A DNA stretch of 58,706 nucleotides, taken from contig CANQQI010000001.1 in assembly GCA_947625945.1 (NCBI GenBank), positions 1-58,706 of the forward strand, written 5' to 3'. Positions 27,436-37,139 of this stretch are shown piece after piece (positions within the stretch are counted from its first letter, which is position 1; every line of letters begins with the position of its first letter). The stretch is from an uncultured Oscillospiraceae bacterium. GTDB lineage: Bacteria > Bacillota > Clostridia > Oscillospirales > Oscillospiraceae. The notes beneath the pieces are model-generated. The model searched no databases. It was not told the DNA's origin and saw only the letters and a program-made list of their open reading frames with translations. Both the position numbers and the translations under genes were made by a program.

Positions 27436-27511
27436 GGCGCATTAGACAAGCGGTCAAGTCAGCGGACTTTCAATCCGGTATCGGCGGGTTCAAATCCCCC
27501 ATGCGCCACCA
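27436..27511 (+). tRNA. Phage tRNA-Glu(TTC)
   Basis: GGCGCAT/ATGCGCC-ACCA, anticodon loop CTTTCAA, T loop TTCAAAT; one mismatch each in the anticodon and T stems. Confidence 0.85.
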
Positions 27512-27623
27512 AACCCGTCCACACCGTTTGATGATGTTTGCGGCCGACATTCCGGCGCTGGTGTGGTAGCCACAAAAACCTAGCGGGGTCGATAGGCGCA
27601 AAAGGGATGTGACCCCGCAACTC

Positions 27624-27697
27624 GGTCGAATAGCTCAACGGCAGAGCGCGCGCCTTATAAGCGCGTGACGATGGATCGGCACCATCTTCGACCACCA
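27624..27697 (+). tRNA. Phage tRNA-Ile(TAT)
   Basis: GGTCGAA/TTCGACC-ACCA, loop CTTATAA, atypical T loop ATCGGCA. Confidence 0.8.
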
Positions 27698-28042
27698 GCT
27701 GTATGAGTTCCACAGCCGCCAGTTGTGCAAGACGGGCTCTGACCCATGCGTGGTGCGTACACGGTGGGATGCAATTATAGTTGGGCTGGACCCGGCCAGT
27801 TAATGATGTTTGATAACGGTTCCGACCGACGACACCGGCGGAGGGCTGGAAAGTACCGTGGTATCCATGACAGGTTGTGTACCCGTGGACGGAAGAGGCG
27901 AGGATGAGGTGCATGGTTCTGGCTGTCCTTGTCATTGGACAAGGCCGGAGTGTATTCTGGGTGCGGGTAGCAGCCTGTTAATGGATATTGTGATTATAAT
28001 CTGCGATCAGCAGTTAATATATCGGTGAAGGAGTTGATCAGA

Positions 28043-28621
28043 ATGGCCCAGAAGAAGCCTGAACCAGCCGGGTATTGCAGTACGGCCGTTCTGGCGAATC
28101 TCTTTGACATCACAGCTCAATGGGTAGGGGAGCTAACCAAGAACGGGATTCTTCGTAAGCACGACACTGAGGTGGGCCCCCGGTACAACGTGGTCGAGGC
28201 CACCCGCTCCTATGTCAAGTATCTACGAGAGAAAGCGGCGGGGCGAAGCGACAAGGACGACGCCGCGGCTGAGAAGGAGCAGCAGAAACTTGCCGCCGAG
28301 GTCCGCATTAAGGAGGCCCGGGCAGAATATGCCGAGTTGGAGTTGGCCGAGCTCCAAGGGAAAATGCACCGCTCCGAGGATGTAGAGGCCATGAACCAGC
28401 AGTTGGTGTTCACTATCCGGGGGATGCTCGTGGCACTGCCCGGCCGTCTGGCCGTGGACGTGGCTGGTGTCAGTGATGCCGCTGAGGCTTCTGTGTTGAT
28501 ACGCCGGGAGGTCAACGCTGTCCTGGAAGAACTGTCCAACTTCAAGTACGACCCGGCTGCCTATGAAAAGCTGGTGAACGAGCGGCAGAAATGGATGGAC
28601 ACGGATGAGGACATACAGTAG
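28043..28621 (+). CDS. Terminase small subunit (Nu1-like)
   Basis: N-terminal wHTH-like LANLFDITAQWVGELTKNG, coiled coil; directly upstream of the large subunit. Confidence 0.8.
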   Translation: MAQKKPEPAGYCSTAVLANLFDITAQWVGELTKNGILRKHDTEVGPRYNVVEATRSYVKYLREKAAGRSDKDDAAAEKEQQKLAAEVRIKEARAEYAELELAELQGKMHRSEDVEAMNQQLVFTIRGMLVALPGRLAVDVAGVSDAAEASVLIRREVNAVLEELSNFKYDPAAYEKLVNERQKWMDTDEDIQ

Positions 28622-30524
28622 CGAAGCGGATAAGCTGAATGCGGCTATTTCAGGGACAATCGCCTCGTTCACCCCGCCCGAGGACATAACCGTCACGCAG
28701 TGGGCCGACAAAAAGCGCCGCCTCTCCCCGGAGAGCTCCGCCGAGCCTGGTCCGTGGCGCACCTCCCGGACCCCCTATCTAAAGGAGCCGATGGATGCCG
28801 TCACCGACCCAAAAGTAAAGCTCCTGGTCATGGTGGCGTCGTCCCAGGTAGGCAAGTCCGAGTTTGAGCTGAACTCCATCGGCTATATCATCGACCAGGA
28901 CCCCGGAAGTATCCTCTATATCCAGCCCACCATTGACGATGCCAAGAAGTTCTCCAAGCTCCGCGTCGCCCCCATGGTAAGGGATTGCCGCACCCTGCGA
29001 TCCAAGGTGGCAGACCCAAAGAGTAGGGACAGCAACAACACAATTCTCCAAAAGTCCTTTCCGGGTGGAATGCTGACAATATGCGGCTCCAACAGTGCAT
29101 CGGCCCTCGCCTCTACACCTGTCCGCTATGTCATCGGAGATGAGTTAGACCGCTGGGCCGGGAGCGCTGGCAAGGAGGGCAGCCCTTGGGAGCTGGCAAA
29201 AGCACGCCAAACGACGTTCTACAATGCAAAGTCGCTGGCTGTGTCCACCCCCACCATCAAGGGGCATAGCGCCATTGCCGACCTATTCAACACCGGTACC
29301 CAGGAGCGGTGGCACCACCGATGCCCGGAGTGCGGCGAGTACCACGATATTGTGTTTAACGACATCCGCTTTGAATATGACACCACCGAAATTCGAGGCA
29401 AGAAGCACTACACCGTCAGAAGCGTATCTTGGGTCTGTCCCTCCTGCGAAACACCGCACTCCGAAAGAGAAATGAAAGCGCAACCCGCCAAATGGGTAGC
29501 GGCCAATCCTGCTGCCTACGCCAACGGGGTGCGCTCTTTTTGGCTTAATGCCTTTTCCTCCCCTTGGGCATCCTGGGCCTCGCTTATCCTGGCCTATCTG
29601 GAGGCCTTGGGCAATTCGGAAAAGCTGCAGGTAGTCTACAACACCAAGTTTGGGGAACTGTGGGAAGACCGCGGCGATCTGGAGGATGAAGAGAGCATCA
29701 TGGGACGGAGGGAGACTTACGACGCAGAGCTCCCGGATGGCGTCCTAGTGCTGACCTGCGGTGTGGATACCCAGGACGATCGGCTGGAATACGAGGTCGT
29801 GGGGCACGGCCGGTGGGGTGAAAAGTGGGGTATTAAGCGGGGCGTCATCATGGGCCGACCGGATACCGCCAATGTGTGGCAGACACTGGACGACATCGTG
29901 GACCACCAGTATAGCTTCGCCAACGGCGTGAAGCTGAAAATCTCCACGACTTTCGTGGACAGCGGCGGTCACTACACTCAGGACGTCTATTCCGCCTGCC
30001 GGGACAGGATGTACCGCAAGGTGTTTGCCATTAAAGGCCGTGGCGGTGAGGGCGTTCCTTACACATCGCCGCCCAAAAAGACCAACATTGTCATCAAGGG
30101 CCGGTATATCGGCCAGTGCTGGCTATATACCCTGGGTGTGGATTCCGGCAAACAGGCCATCATGGATTCCTTGCGAGTCCGTGAACCGGGCGCGAAGTAC
30201 TACCATTTTCCGAGGAATCAAGATCTTGGATATGGCACAGAATTTTTCGCGGGTCTGTTATCTGAGCGCTTAGTCTATAAGCAGGGACGCCAAAATCCGT
30301 GGGTGTGGGAGAAAATTCCCGGCCACGAGCGGAACGAGGCCCTCGACTGCCGAAACTACGCCAACGCTGCATTCAAGGCAACCGGGGCGGACCTGGATGC
30401 AATTGCGCAGCGCCTGAGCGCCCTGGCTGACGGCGGCCAAAAGCCACCTCCAAAGCGCCGGGCCGCCCAGCCCCAGCCCAGGCGGAAGACCGGAGGCATA
30501 GACAGATACTTCAACGAATGGTAA
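28605..30524 (+). CDS. Terminase large subunit (lambda GpA family)
   Basis: RTPYLKEPMD, SSQVGKSE, GDELDRW, STPT, GVDTQDDR, RNEALDC. Confidence 0.95.
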   Translation: MRTYSSEADKLNAAISGTIASFTPPEDITVTQWADKKRRLSPESSAEPGPWRTSRTPYLKEPMDAVTDPKVKLLVMVASSQVGKSEFELNSIGYIIDQDPGSILYIQPTIDDAKKFSKLRVAPMVRDCRTLRSKVADPKSRDSNNTILQKSFPGGMLTICGSNSASALASTPVRYVIGDELDRWAGSAGKEGSPWELAKARQTTFYNAKSLAVSTPTIKGHSAIADLFNTGTQERWHHRCPECGEYHDIVFNDIRFEYDTTEIRGKKHYTVRSVSWVCPSCETPHSEREMKAQPAKWVAANPAAYANGVRSFWLNAFSSPWASWASLILAYLEALGNSEKLQVVYNTKFGELWEDRGDLEDEESIMGRRETYDAELPDGVLVLTCGVDTQDDRLEYEVVGHGRWGEKWGIKRGVIMGRPDTANVWQTLDDIVDHQYSFANGVKLKISTTFVDSGGHYTQDVYSACRDRMYRKVFAIKGRGGEGVPYTSPPKKTNIVIKGRYIGQCWLYTLGVDSGKQAIMDSLRVREPGAKYYHFPRNQDLGYGTEFFAGLLSERLVYKQGRQNPWVWEKIPGHERNEALDCRNYANAAFKATGADLDAIAQRLSALADGGQKPPPKRRAAQPQPRRKTGGIDRYFNEW

Positions 30525-30540
30525 GGAGAAGGAGGCTGAA

Positions 30541-30804
30541 ATGACCAGGACAGAGATCACCGTAAAACTGAATATGAAGCGGGAGCGCCTGAAGATGTAC
30601 CTGGAGCGTGAGAAATATATGCTCTCCCCAGGCGCAGTGCAAAGCTACGGCATCGGGTCCCGGAATCTGCAGAGGTACAGCACGGATCTTGACGACATCC
30701 AAACCATGATCAAGCGGTTGGAGGACGAAATCGCCGAGCTGGAGGCCCTTGCCGACGGCCAGCGGCCCCGCCGGTCTGTGGGAGTAGTCCCTCGGGACTG
30801 GTAG
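30541..30804 (+). CDS. Head-tail joining protein (gpW-like)
   Basis: QSYGIGSRNLQR; between large terminase and portal. Confidence 0.7.
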   Translation: MTRTEITVKLNMKRERLKMYLEREKYMLSPGAVQSYGIGSRNLQRYSTDLDDIQTMIKRLEDEIAELEALADGQRPRRSVGVVPRDW

Positions 30805-30901
30805 CTACGGGTAACAGCTCCGGAAGGGGCTTTACCGGGTGCCCTGCGGGGGTTTCGTTCCTTTTACCCCGCCGGGCACCCTTAATAATTTATCCGAGGA
30901 G

Positions 30902-32497
30902 GTGGACAATACGGAGATCCGCACGACCAAAGCAGCCCCCCAGGCCATGGGCTACGGCGATGCCGGTGCAAGCTACGTCCGGCGGGCCCTTGCGGCATTT
31001 ATAGCCAGGTCCGGCAGCCCCAGGGACGACATCGATATGCATAATTTCACTCTGCGGCAGAGAGGTAGGATGCTCTACATGGCCTCGCCCATTGCCACGA
31101 GCGCCATCCGCACCACTTGCACCAACGTCGTAGGAATCGGACTAAAATTGAAATCTCATGTAGACCAGGAAGCCCTGGGCATGACGCCGGAACAGGCCCG
31201 GGCGTGGCAGAGGACCACCGAAGCCGAGTGGAGGCTGTGGTCCGAAAAAAAGCAGAACTGCGATGCCACGGGGATGTGCAACTTCAATGGCATTCAGCAA
31301 CTGGCCCTTGCCTCTGCGCTCATGTCTGGCGACTGCGTGGCCCTGCTCCCCCATGTGGGAGTGACCACAATCTCTCCATATGGTCTGCGGGTGAAACTGG
31401 TGGAGGCAGATCTGGTATCTACCCCTGACACCATGGGCGTCATGCCCGGGACCATCACGGAGGGTACCGCACCCAACGGCAACTACATCTATGACGGCGT
31501 GGAGGTGGATAAGAACACCACAGCCATCGTCGCCTATCACATCTGCAACCACTATCCGTTTGAGCTGACCCAGATCGGGCGGCCCCGGGAGTGGGTACGG
31601 GTAGAGGCATACGGCAAGCGGACCGGCCTTCCGAATGTGCTGCACATTGTGGACCCGGAACGCATTGGCCAGTACCGAGGCGTTACATTTCTCGCCCCTA
31701 TCATCGAGCAGCTACTGCAGATCCGCCGTTACACGGAGTCTGAGCTGATGGCGGCACTGGTGCAGTCGTTCTTCACGGCCTGGATCGAGACGGAAACGGA
31801 CCCGTCCCTGTTCCCGACCAATGAGGTGGGCGAGGAACGGGGAGATTCGGAGATCAGCCACGACACCAACGAGTATGAGATGGGAGCCGGGCAGGTTATT
31901 CATTTGAAGCCGGGGGAAAAGGTCAACTTTGGTAACCCCAATATCCCCACAAACGGCTTTGATGCCTTTGTCAAATCCGTGGCCACGCAGATAGGTGCCG
32001 CCCTGGAGATCCCCCGGGACGTTCTGCTCAAAGAGTTCAATTCCAGCTATTCCGCCAGCCGGGGCGCGCTCCTGGAGGCATACCGCTTTTTCCGGAAGAA
32101 GCGGACCTGGCTTGTGGACAGTCTGTGTCAGCCGGTCTATGAGGTCTGGCTGGCCGAGGCCGTGGCCCGAGGACGCATCAGCGCCCCGGGCTTTTTTGTT
32201 GACCCCCGCATCCGGGCGGCGTATTGTGGGGCCAAATGGATAGGCCCTGCCCAGAGCCAGATCGACCCGAGCAAGGAGGTCAAAGCGGCTATCGAGGCCG
32301 TCCATGAGGGATTCAAGACTCACGAGCAGGCCACCGTCGAGCTGGACGGCGGCGACTGGGAGGAGAACATGGACCAGCTTGAGCGAGAGAAGATACGCTT
32401 GGGCGAGGTCAGAGGCACCACCAATATGCCTGCAAGCTCCCAAGGAAACAGCGACCCGGATGTGGCAAAGGTCAGCCAGGAAGGAGACGACAAATGA
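30902..32497 (+). CDS. Portal protein (lambda family); start uncertain (GTG 30902 or ACG 30911)
   Basis: LRQRGRMLY..NVVGIGL; RIGQYRGV; SSYSASRGALLE; IDPSKEV. Confidence 0.93.
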   Translation: MDNTEIRTTKAAPQAMGYGDAGASYVRRALAAFIARSGSPRDDIDMHNFTLRQRGRMLYMASPIATSAIRTTCTNVVGIGLKLKSHVDQEALGMTPEQARAWQRTTEAEWRLWSEKKQNCDATGMCNFNGIQQLALASALMSGDCVALLPHVGVTTISPYGLRVKLVEADLVSTPDTMGVMPGTITEGTAPNGNYIYDGVEVDKNTTAIVAYHICNHYPFELTQIGRPREWVRVEAYGKRTGLPNVLHIVDPERIGQYRGVTFLAPIIEQLLQIRRYTESELMAALVQSFFTAWIETETDPSLFPTNEVGEERGDSEISHDTNEYEMGAGQVIHLKPGEKVNFGNPNIPTNGFDAFVKSVATQIGAALEIPRDVLLKEFNSSYSASRGALLEAYRFFRKKRTWLVDSLCQPVYEVWLAEAVARGRISAPGFFVDPRIRAAYCGAKWIGPAQSQIDPSKEVKAAIEAVHEGFKTHEQATVELDGGDWEENMDQLEREKIRLGEVRGTTNMPASSQGNSDPDVAKVSQEGDDK

Positions 32498-33795
32498 ATC
32501 CGTTTAACAACTTTATGCGCCCCCCAAAAACAAGGGCGTCTGAACCGGTTACAACCGTCACCAGCGCCCCATACTGTATGGATCGTGTCAGCGATACGGA
32601 GGTAGAAATCACGCTGTACGGTGACATCGTAAAGCAGAGGCCTACTGACTTGCACGGGAATCCGTTGGATGGGAACTACATCATCCTAAGCGAGTTTTTG
32701 CAGGATTTGAAGCAGGCCGAGAATGCCGCCAAGATTACCATCCGCATCCATAGCGTGGGAGGGAACGCCTTTGATGCCATTACCATCTATAACCGCCTGA
32801 AAGAGCTGCCCGCGGAGATTACCGCTATTATTGACGGTGTCGCCATGTCGGGCGGGTCTCTCATTATGTGCGCCGCCAAGTCGATCAAGGTAAACCCATC
32901 CAGCCTGATAATGATTCATAAGTGCTGGACATTTTGCTGGGATGCTATGAACGCCGATGAACTGCGCAAGGCTGCGGAACGCAACGATACAGTGGATCGA
33001 GCGCAGGCCGCAATCTATCATACCAAAACTGGATTGTCCGAGGCCGAACTGCTGACCATGATGGGCAATGAAACCTATATGACAGGTCAAGAGGCTGTAG
33101 AAAAAGGCTTTGCCGATGAACTTCTTGACGGCGCCGCTCCGGATATTGCAGCAAGTGCGGACCGCCGCACAATTTACTACTGCGGCCAGCCCGTCTGGGC
33201 GACACCTGGCCGTCCAATCCCGGCCAGCATCGATATTCCGTTGTTTTCTCCCGCTTCGGCGGAAGGAATAAAGACTACACCGGCCACCGCCGGCAACGAA
33301 GGAGGAAACCAAATGGCAAAAACTATTGATGATCTGAGAGCCGAATACCCTGACTTGGTGGCTCAGATCGAAAATGCGGCAAAAGCTTCTGCGGGGAGCG
33401 GAGCTAGTGCTGCATCTTTTACGACTCCTGCCGCTCAATCTGCGACTTTGTCCCAGGAAGCAGATCTTGTGGCAGCGGAACGTGCCCGTATCCAGGCCAT
33501 CGACGAGATCGCATCGAATATCCTAGACAAGAATCTGGTGGAGGACGCCAAGTATCGCAACCCCTGCAGTGCCCAGGAGCTGGCATTCCGGGCAATGAAA
33601 GCCCAGGCAGCCCAGGGCAGTGCGCACCTGGACAGCACTGCCGCAGACTACAAGGATAGCGGCATTGCCAAAGTGCAGACTCCGGCAGCTCCTACCAAGG
33701 AGACCGACCCCAACAGCCCGGAGGCAATTATGGCCCAGGCGAAAGCCGACGTCGCCGCTTTCGAGAAAATGATGGATTCGATGGAGGTGTTCTGA
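32494..33795 (+). CDS. ClpP-like head maturation protease with C-terminal scaffold
   Basis: IHSVGG, GVAMSGGS (Ser), MIH (His), ETYMTGQEAVEKGFAD; AERARIQAI. Confidence 0.92.
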   Translation: MNPFNNFMRPPKTRASEPVTTVTSAPYCMDRVSDTEVEITLYGDIVKQRPTDLHGNPLDGNYIILSEFLQDLKQAENAAKITIRIHSVGGNAFDAITIYNRLKELPAEITAIIDGVAMSGGSLIMCAAKSIKVNPSSLIMIHKCWTFCWDAMNADELRKAAERNDTVDRAQAAIYHTKTGLSEAELLTMMGNETYMTGQEAVEKGFADELLDGAAPDIAASADRRTIYYCGQPVWATPGRPIPASIDIPLFSPASAEGIKTTPATAGNEGGNQMAKTIDDLRAEYPDLVAQIENAAKASAGSGASAASFTTPAAQSATLSQEADLVAAERARIQAIDEIASNILDKNLVEDAKYRNPCSAQELAFRAMKAQAAQGSAHLDSTAADYKDSGIAKVQTPAAPTKETDPNSPEAIMAQAKADVAAFEKMMDSMEVF

Positions 33796-33796
33796 G

Positions 33797-34168
33797 ATGA
33801 ACAAAGATTTGTGCAGGAAAGTCGGCGAGACAAGCCAGGACAACCTGATTGCCAGCCTGTTCCCCCGTGCCCTGACCACGGGCGTGAAGATCGCCGCCGA
33901 GGAAGGCAAACTGCCCCGTGGCACCATCCTGACCACGGAGGATGGAAGCGAGTATAAGGCCCTGACTACGGAGACCAAGGACAAGGCCAACTGTATTCTG
34001 GCCGACGATGTGGATGCGACCGAGGGAGCTGTCGCCGTTGCCTATATCAGTGGCAACTTCAACATCCACGCCGTGGCCGGCAAGCCGGAGGGCGAGGTGG
34101 AGATCGACAACACCGTGAGAGACGTTCTCCGCCACTACAACATCATCCTGACTGATATGCAGGAGTAA
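33797..34168 (+). CDS. Head decoration protein
   Basis: LPRGTIL..CILADDVD..AYISGNFN; between protease and capsid. Confidence 0.8.
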   Translation: MNKDLCRKVGETSQDNLIASLFPRALTTGVKIAAEEGKLPRGTILTTEDGSEYKALTTETKDKANCILADDVDATEGAVAVAYISGNFNIHAVAGKPEGEVEIDNTVRDVLRHYNIILTDMQE

Positions 34169-34179
34169 GGAGGCTCAAC

Positions 34180-35262
34180 ATGGATATTTACAGCACCTAC
34201 TATATGCTGGCGGCTGTGAGGACGATGCGCCCCGAGCACACCTTCTTCAAGCGCCGGTATTTCCCCACCAACATCAAAATGGATGTGTTCGGCACATCCA
34301 AGGTCCTGGCGGACTACAAGGAGGAGGGCCAGGAGATGGCGCCCTTCGTCCTGCCCCGCATCGGCAGCCTGCCTGTGGGGCGTGACGGCTTCAGCACCTA
34401 CGAGCTGGAGCCTGGCAATATCAGTATCTCTATCCCCCTGACCGTGGACCAGCTGCAGAAGCGTGGCTTCGGCGAGGCGATTATGAGCGAGGCCACCCCC
34501 GCTGACCGCGCCCGGATGCTGCTCCTCCATGATCTGAAGGATCTGTCCGGCCGAATTTCCCGCACCGAGGAGTGGTTGGCGGTCCAGACCATGATCAACA
34601 ACGGCTGCACCATGCGCCACCAGACAGACCGTGAAGATGTCTTCGAGGATGTCAAAGTGCAGTTCTACGACGGGCAGAACAACCCTGCCGTGTTCACTCC
34701 CACCGAGCCCTGGAAGCACAGCACCATGGCCTCTGGGTCCTGGGAGATCGGAAACTGGTACTGGGACATTTGCTCCATGGTCAAGATGCTGACCAGCCGG
34801 GGCCTGCCTGCCCGGGAGGTTCTGGTGGCCTCCGACGTCGGCGCATTTTTGCAAGAAGATCCCTGGATCATGGCTGCCCTGGACAACCGGCGCATGGAGA
34901 TGGGCCGCATTGCCCCCGATGTGCTGACCGAGTACGTCACCGACCTGGGCGTCATCAACTTCAACGGTCGCCGGCTGGATATTCTGGTAAGCGACGGCAC
35001 CTACAAGGAGAAAAAGAAGGACGTTCCCTACGTCCCCAATGGAACCGTCATCGTGACCGCCCCCAACTGCGGCCGTGGCCTCTACGGTGCCGTGACCCAG
35101 TTGGAGAGCGACGGCCAGTACCACACCTATGCCGGTACCCGCATCCCCCTGCACATTTTCACCATTCGGCCCCAGGCGAAGGAGACCCAGCTGTCCTGCC
35201 GGCCGCTGTTTGTGCCAAACACTATCGCCCCCTGGTCCGTCGCCACCGGTGTCCTGGACTGA
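34180..35262 (+). CDS. Major capsid protein (lambda E family)
   Basis: TFFKRRYFP, MAPFV.P, ISRTEEWLAVQ; position and size. Confidence 0.9.
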   Translation: MDIYSTYYMLAAVRTMRPEHTFFKRRYFPTNIKMDVFGTSKVLADYKEEGQEMAPFVLPRIGSLPVGRDGFSTYELEPGNISISIPLTVDQLQKRGFGEAIMSEATPADRARMLLLHDLKDLSGRISRTEEWLAVQTMINNGCTMRHQTDREDVFEDVKVQFYDGQNNPAVFTPTEPWKHSTMASGSWEIGNWYWDICSMVKMLTSRGLPAREVLVASDVGAFLQEDPWIMAALDNRRMEMGRIAPDVLTEYVTDLGVINFNGRRLDILVSDGTYKEKKKDVPYVPNGTVIVTAPNCGRGLYGAVTQLESDGQYHTYAGTRIPLHIFTIRPQAKETQLSCRPLFVPNTIAPWSVATGVLD

Positions 35263-35285
35263 GGACAAGGAGAAAGGAGTAAGGC

Positions 35286-35669
35286 ATGATCAGGCTGAAA
35301 TGTGGCGTGTGCGCCACCAAAAATGGGTTGAGACGGGCCGGTGACGGCCCGTTTTCCCTCTCCCAGCCAAAGGAGGAGCGCCTGGTGAAGCGGGGCGTGG
35401 CTGAGTACGTCGTGGATGTTACGGAGCAGGTCGGCGTGGAGGAACCCCAAAAGACCATCCGCTACGACGCCGGTATGACGATGAAGCAGCTCCAGGGCAT
35501 CGCCGCCTACCTCGGCCTGGATGTGTCCAAGGCCAAGAGGAAGCAGGACGTGATTGACATCCTGGACGCTCACTTCGCCACCGACGCTGACCCGGAGCCT
35601 TCCCAGGAACCAGCCGCCGAGGAGGACTCGGACGTCCCCAACCTGGGGGCTGAGGAACCCACAGCATGA
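35286..35669 (+). CDS. Head accessory/packaging protein
   Basis: EERLVKRGVAEYV plus Rho-N-like MTMKQLQGIA..K.DVIDIL. Confidence 0.65.
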   Translation: MIRLKCGVCATKNGLRRAGDGPFSLSQPKEERLVKRGVAEYVVDVTEQVGVEEPQKTIRYDAGMTMKQLQGIAAYLGLDVSKAKRKQDVIDILDAHFATDADPEPSQEPAAEEDSDVPNLGAEEPTA

Positions 35670-36034
35670 GCACATTCAAGGATATGGTCGCCCGGGATAT
35701 CCACACAACTTTCCTTAATATAGATGAGTTCGGCGAAAAGCGTTCTGTGATCTATGACGGTGAGAAGTATGTGGATATCCCCGTTGTACTGGATGAGGTC
35801 GTACAAGACAAACGGCCCAGGCTGAATGATGATCATGTCCAAGGACTCTACAAAGTGACACATCTTCTTTTTTGCGCGCTCTCAGACCTGGGCGGAAATC
35901 TTCCCGAGAGTGGGCAGAAAATGTTCCTTAATGATGAGGAAGGTGGTGGGGGGTTCTTCTGCCCGTACTATATTTCCAGATCTACCACAGAGAATGGACT
36001 TCTCAAAGTTTGGCTGGAGGCGATAGACGAGTGA
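35666..36034 (+). CDS. Head closure/adaptor protein
   Basis: FKDMVARDI..FLNIDEF; position. Confidence 0.7.
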   Translation: MSTFKDMVARDIHTTFLNIDEFGEKRSVIYDGEKYVDIPVVLDEVVQDKRPRLNDDHVQGLYKVTHLLFCALSDLGGNLPESGQKMFLNDEEGGGGFFCPYYISRSTTENGLLKVWLEAIDE

Positions 36035-36642
36035 GCAATATATCATCGTTCTATGAGCGCCATGCTGTCTACGGCGGAATCATTCTTGAAGTCGCCGAGT
36101 ACAGCCTGGATAAAGTTGAGACGCTGCTTGCGGGGATAGACCGTGGCGTTTACAGAGCGGTTGGAAGCGCACTGTCCAGGGCCGCAGCGGCAGGCAAGAC
36201 CGCCGCGAAGAGTGCTGTCACAAAAGAATACACTATCAGTCAAGGCGAATTCTTGCAGAGGACCAAAAATATCAATCATTTTGTCCACGAATCGTATGGA
36301 AGCCTTTCTGTGGTGTTTGGATTCTATGGCTATGTTATTCCGCTCATACAATTCAATACCAAGGTCGGAAAAGACGGGCGTATTGTAGCCCAGGTCAAGC
36401 GGTCTGGAGCGGCACAAACGCTGGATAGGGCCTTTGTAGCTCAAATGGGCGGGCACAGAGGCATATATGAGCGTGTGGGGGTCAAAAAGCGTCCTGTGAA
36501 GGAACTGTACGGACCTGCCACCCCGCAAATGATGTATGCAAACGAAGCCGTTATAGACAATGTAGAGGCCAAAATGATCGACACTTACGAAAAGCGAATC
36601 GATCATGAGATTATTCGGGTCCTTAATGGCTGGGGTGGATAA
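36031..36642 (+). CDS. Tail completion protein (lambda gpZ-like)
   Basis: AFVAQMGGHRGIYER..PVKELYGP..PQM. Confidence 0.75.
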   Translation: MSNISSFYERHAVYGGIILEVAEYSLDKVETLLAGIDRGVYRAVGSALSRAAAAGKTAAKSAVTKEYTISQGEFLQRTKNINHFVHESYGSLSVVFGFYGYVIPLIQFNTKVGKDGRIVAQVKRSGAAQTLDRAFVAQMGGHRGIYERVGVKKRPVKELYGPATPQMMYANEAVIDNVEAKMIDTYEKRIDHEIIRVLNGWGG

Positions 36643-36644
36643 CG

Positions 36645-37139
36645 ATGACTAGAGTAAATTTGCTAGAAACATTGAAGGTAGAAACAGAGCTTGCAACACA
36701 GGACCTATTTCTGCCGGTTGCAAAGCAAAGGGAGGATCCCTTGGAGCCAGAGCCCCGCACGCCAGAAGTCTTTTTAATGCGCTTGCCGGATAGTCAATCT
36801 GCGAAGAAAAAAGCCCCATATGTTTTGCATCAATTCATAACCGGAAAAGATTCTCAACCCGCAAAAACCATTACCAATGCTGAAGCTACTGTTCGGACCA
36901 TTTTTTGCGTCTATCATCAAGATGAGCAGCAAGGTGGGCTCGCTTTGCTGGGCCTGATGGAACGATTGCGGATCCATTTGCTGAAAAAAAGAGTCATTGG
37001 TAAGCAGTTTCAGCTTGATATGGAAGCGGGCCTAGAGTCGCTAGTTTACCCTGACGATACCGCACCATATTTTGCTGGAGAGATGATTTCTACCTGGAAA
37101 CTCCCCGCAGTTGAAAGAGAGGTAAGAGAATGGCTGTAG
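36645..37139 (+). CDS. Tail terminator-like protein
   Basis: Position before sheath; APYVL, PYFAGEM. Confidence 0.65.
   Translation: MTRVNLLETLKVETELATQDLFLPVAKQREDPLEPEPRTPEVFLMRLPDSQSAKKKAPYVLHQFITGKDSQPAKTITNAEATVRTIFCVYHQDEQQGGLALLGLMERLRIHLLKKRVIGKQFQLDMEAGLESLVYPDDTAPYFAGEMISTWKLPAVEREVREWL

Noticed and set aside
27511-27900. HDV-like (theta) or hammerhead ribozymes after the phage tRNAs
   Set aside because: I could not build the nested double pseudoknot or a complete CUGANGA/GAAA core with three stems by eye; a covariance search is needed to exclude them fully
27221-28028. ORFs 27221-27457, 27459-27935 and 27810-28028
   Set aside because: They overlap tRNAs or structured RNA, lack good SDs and have no protein-like motifs
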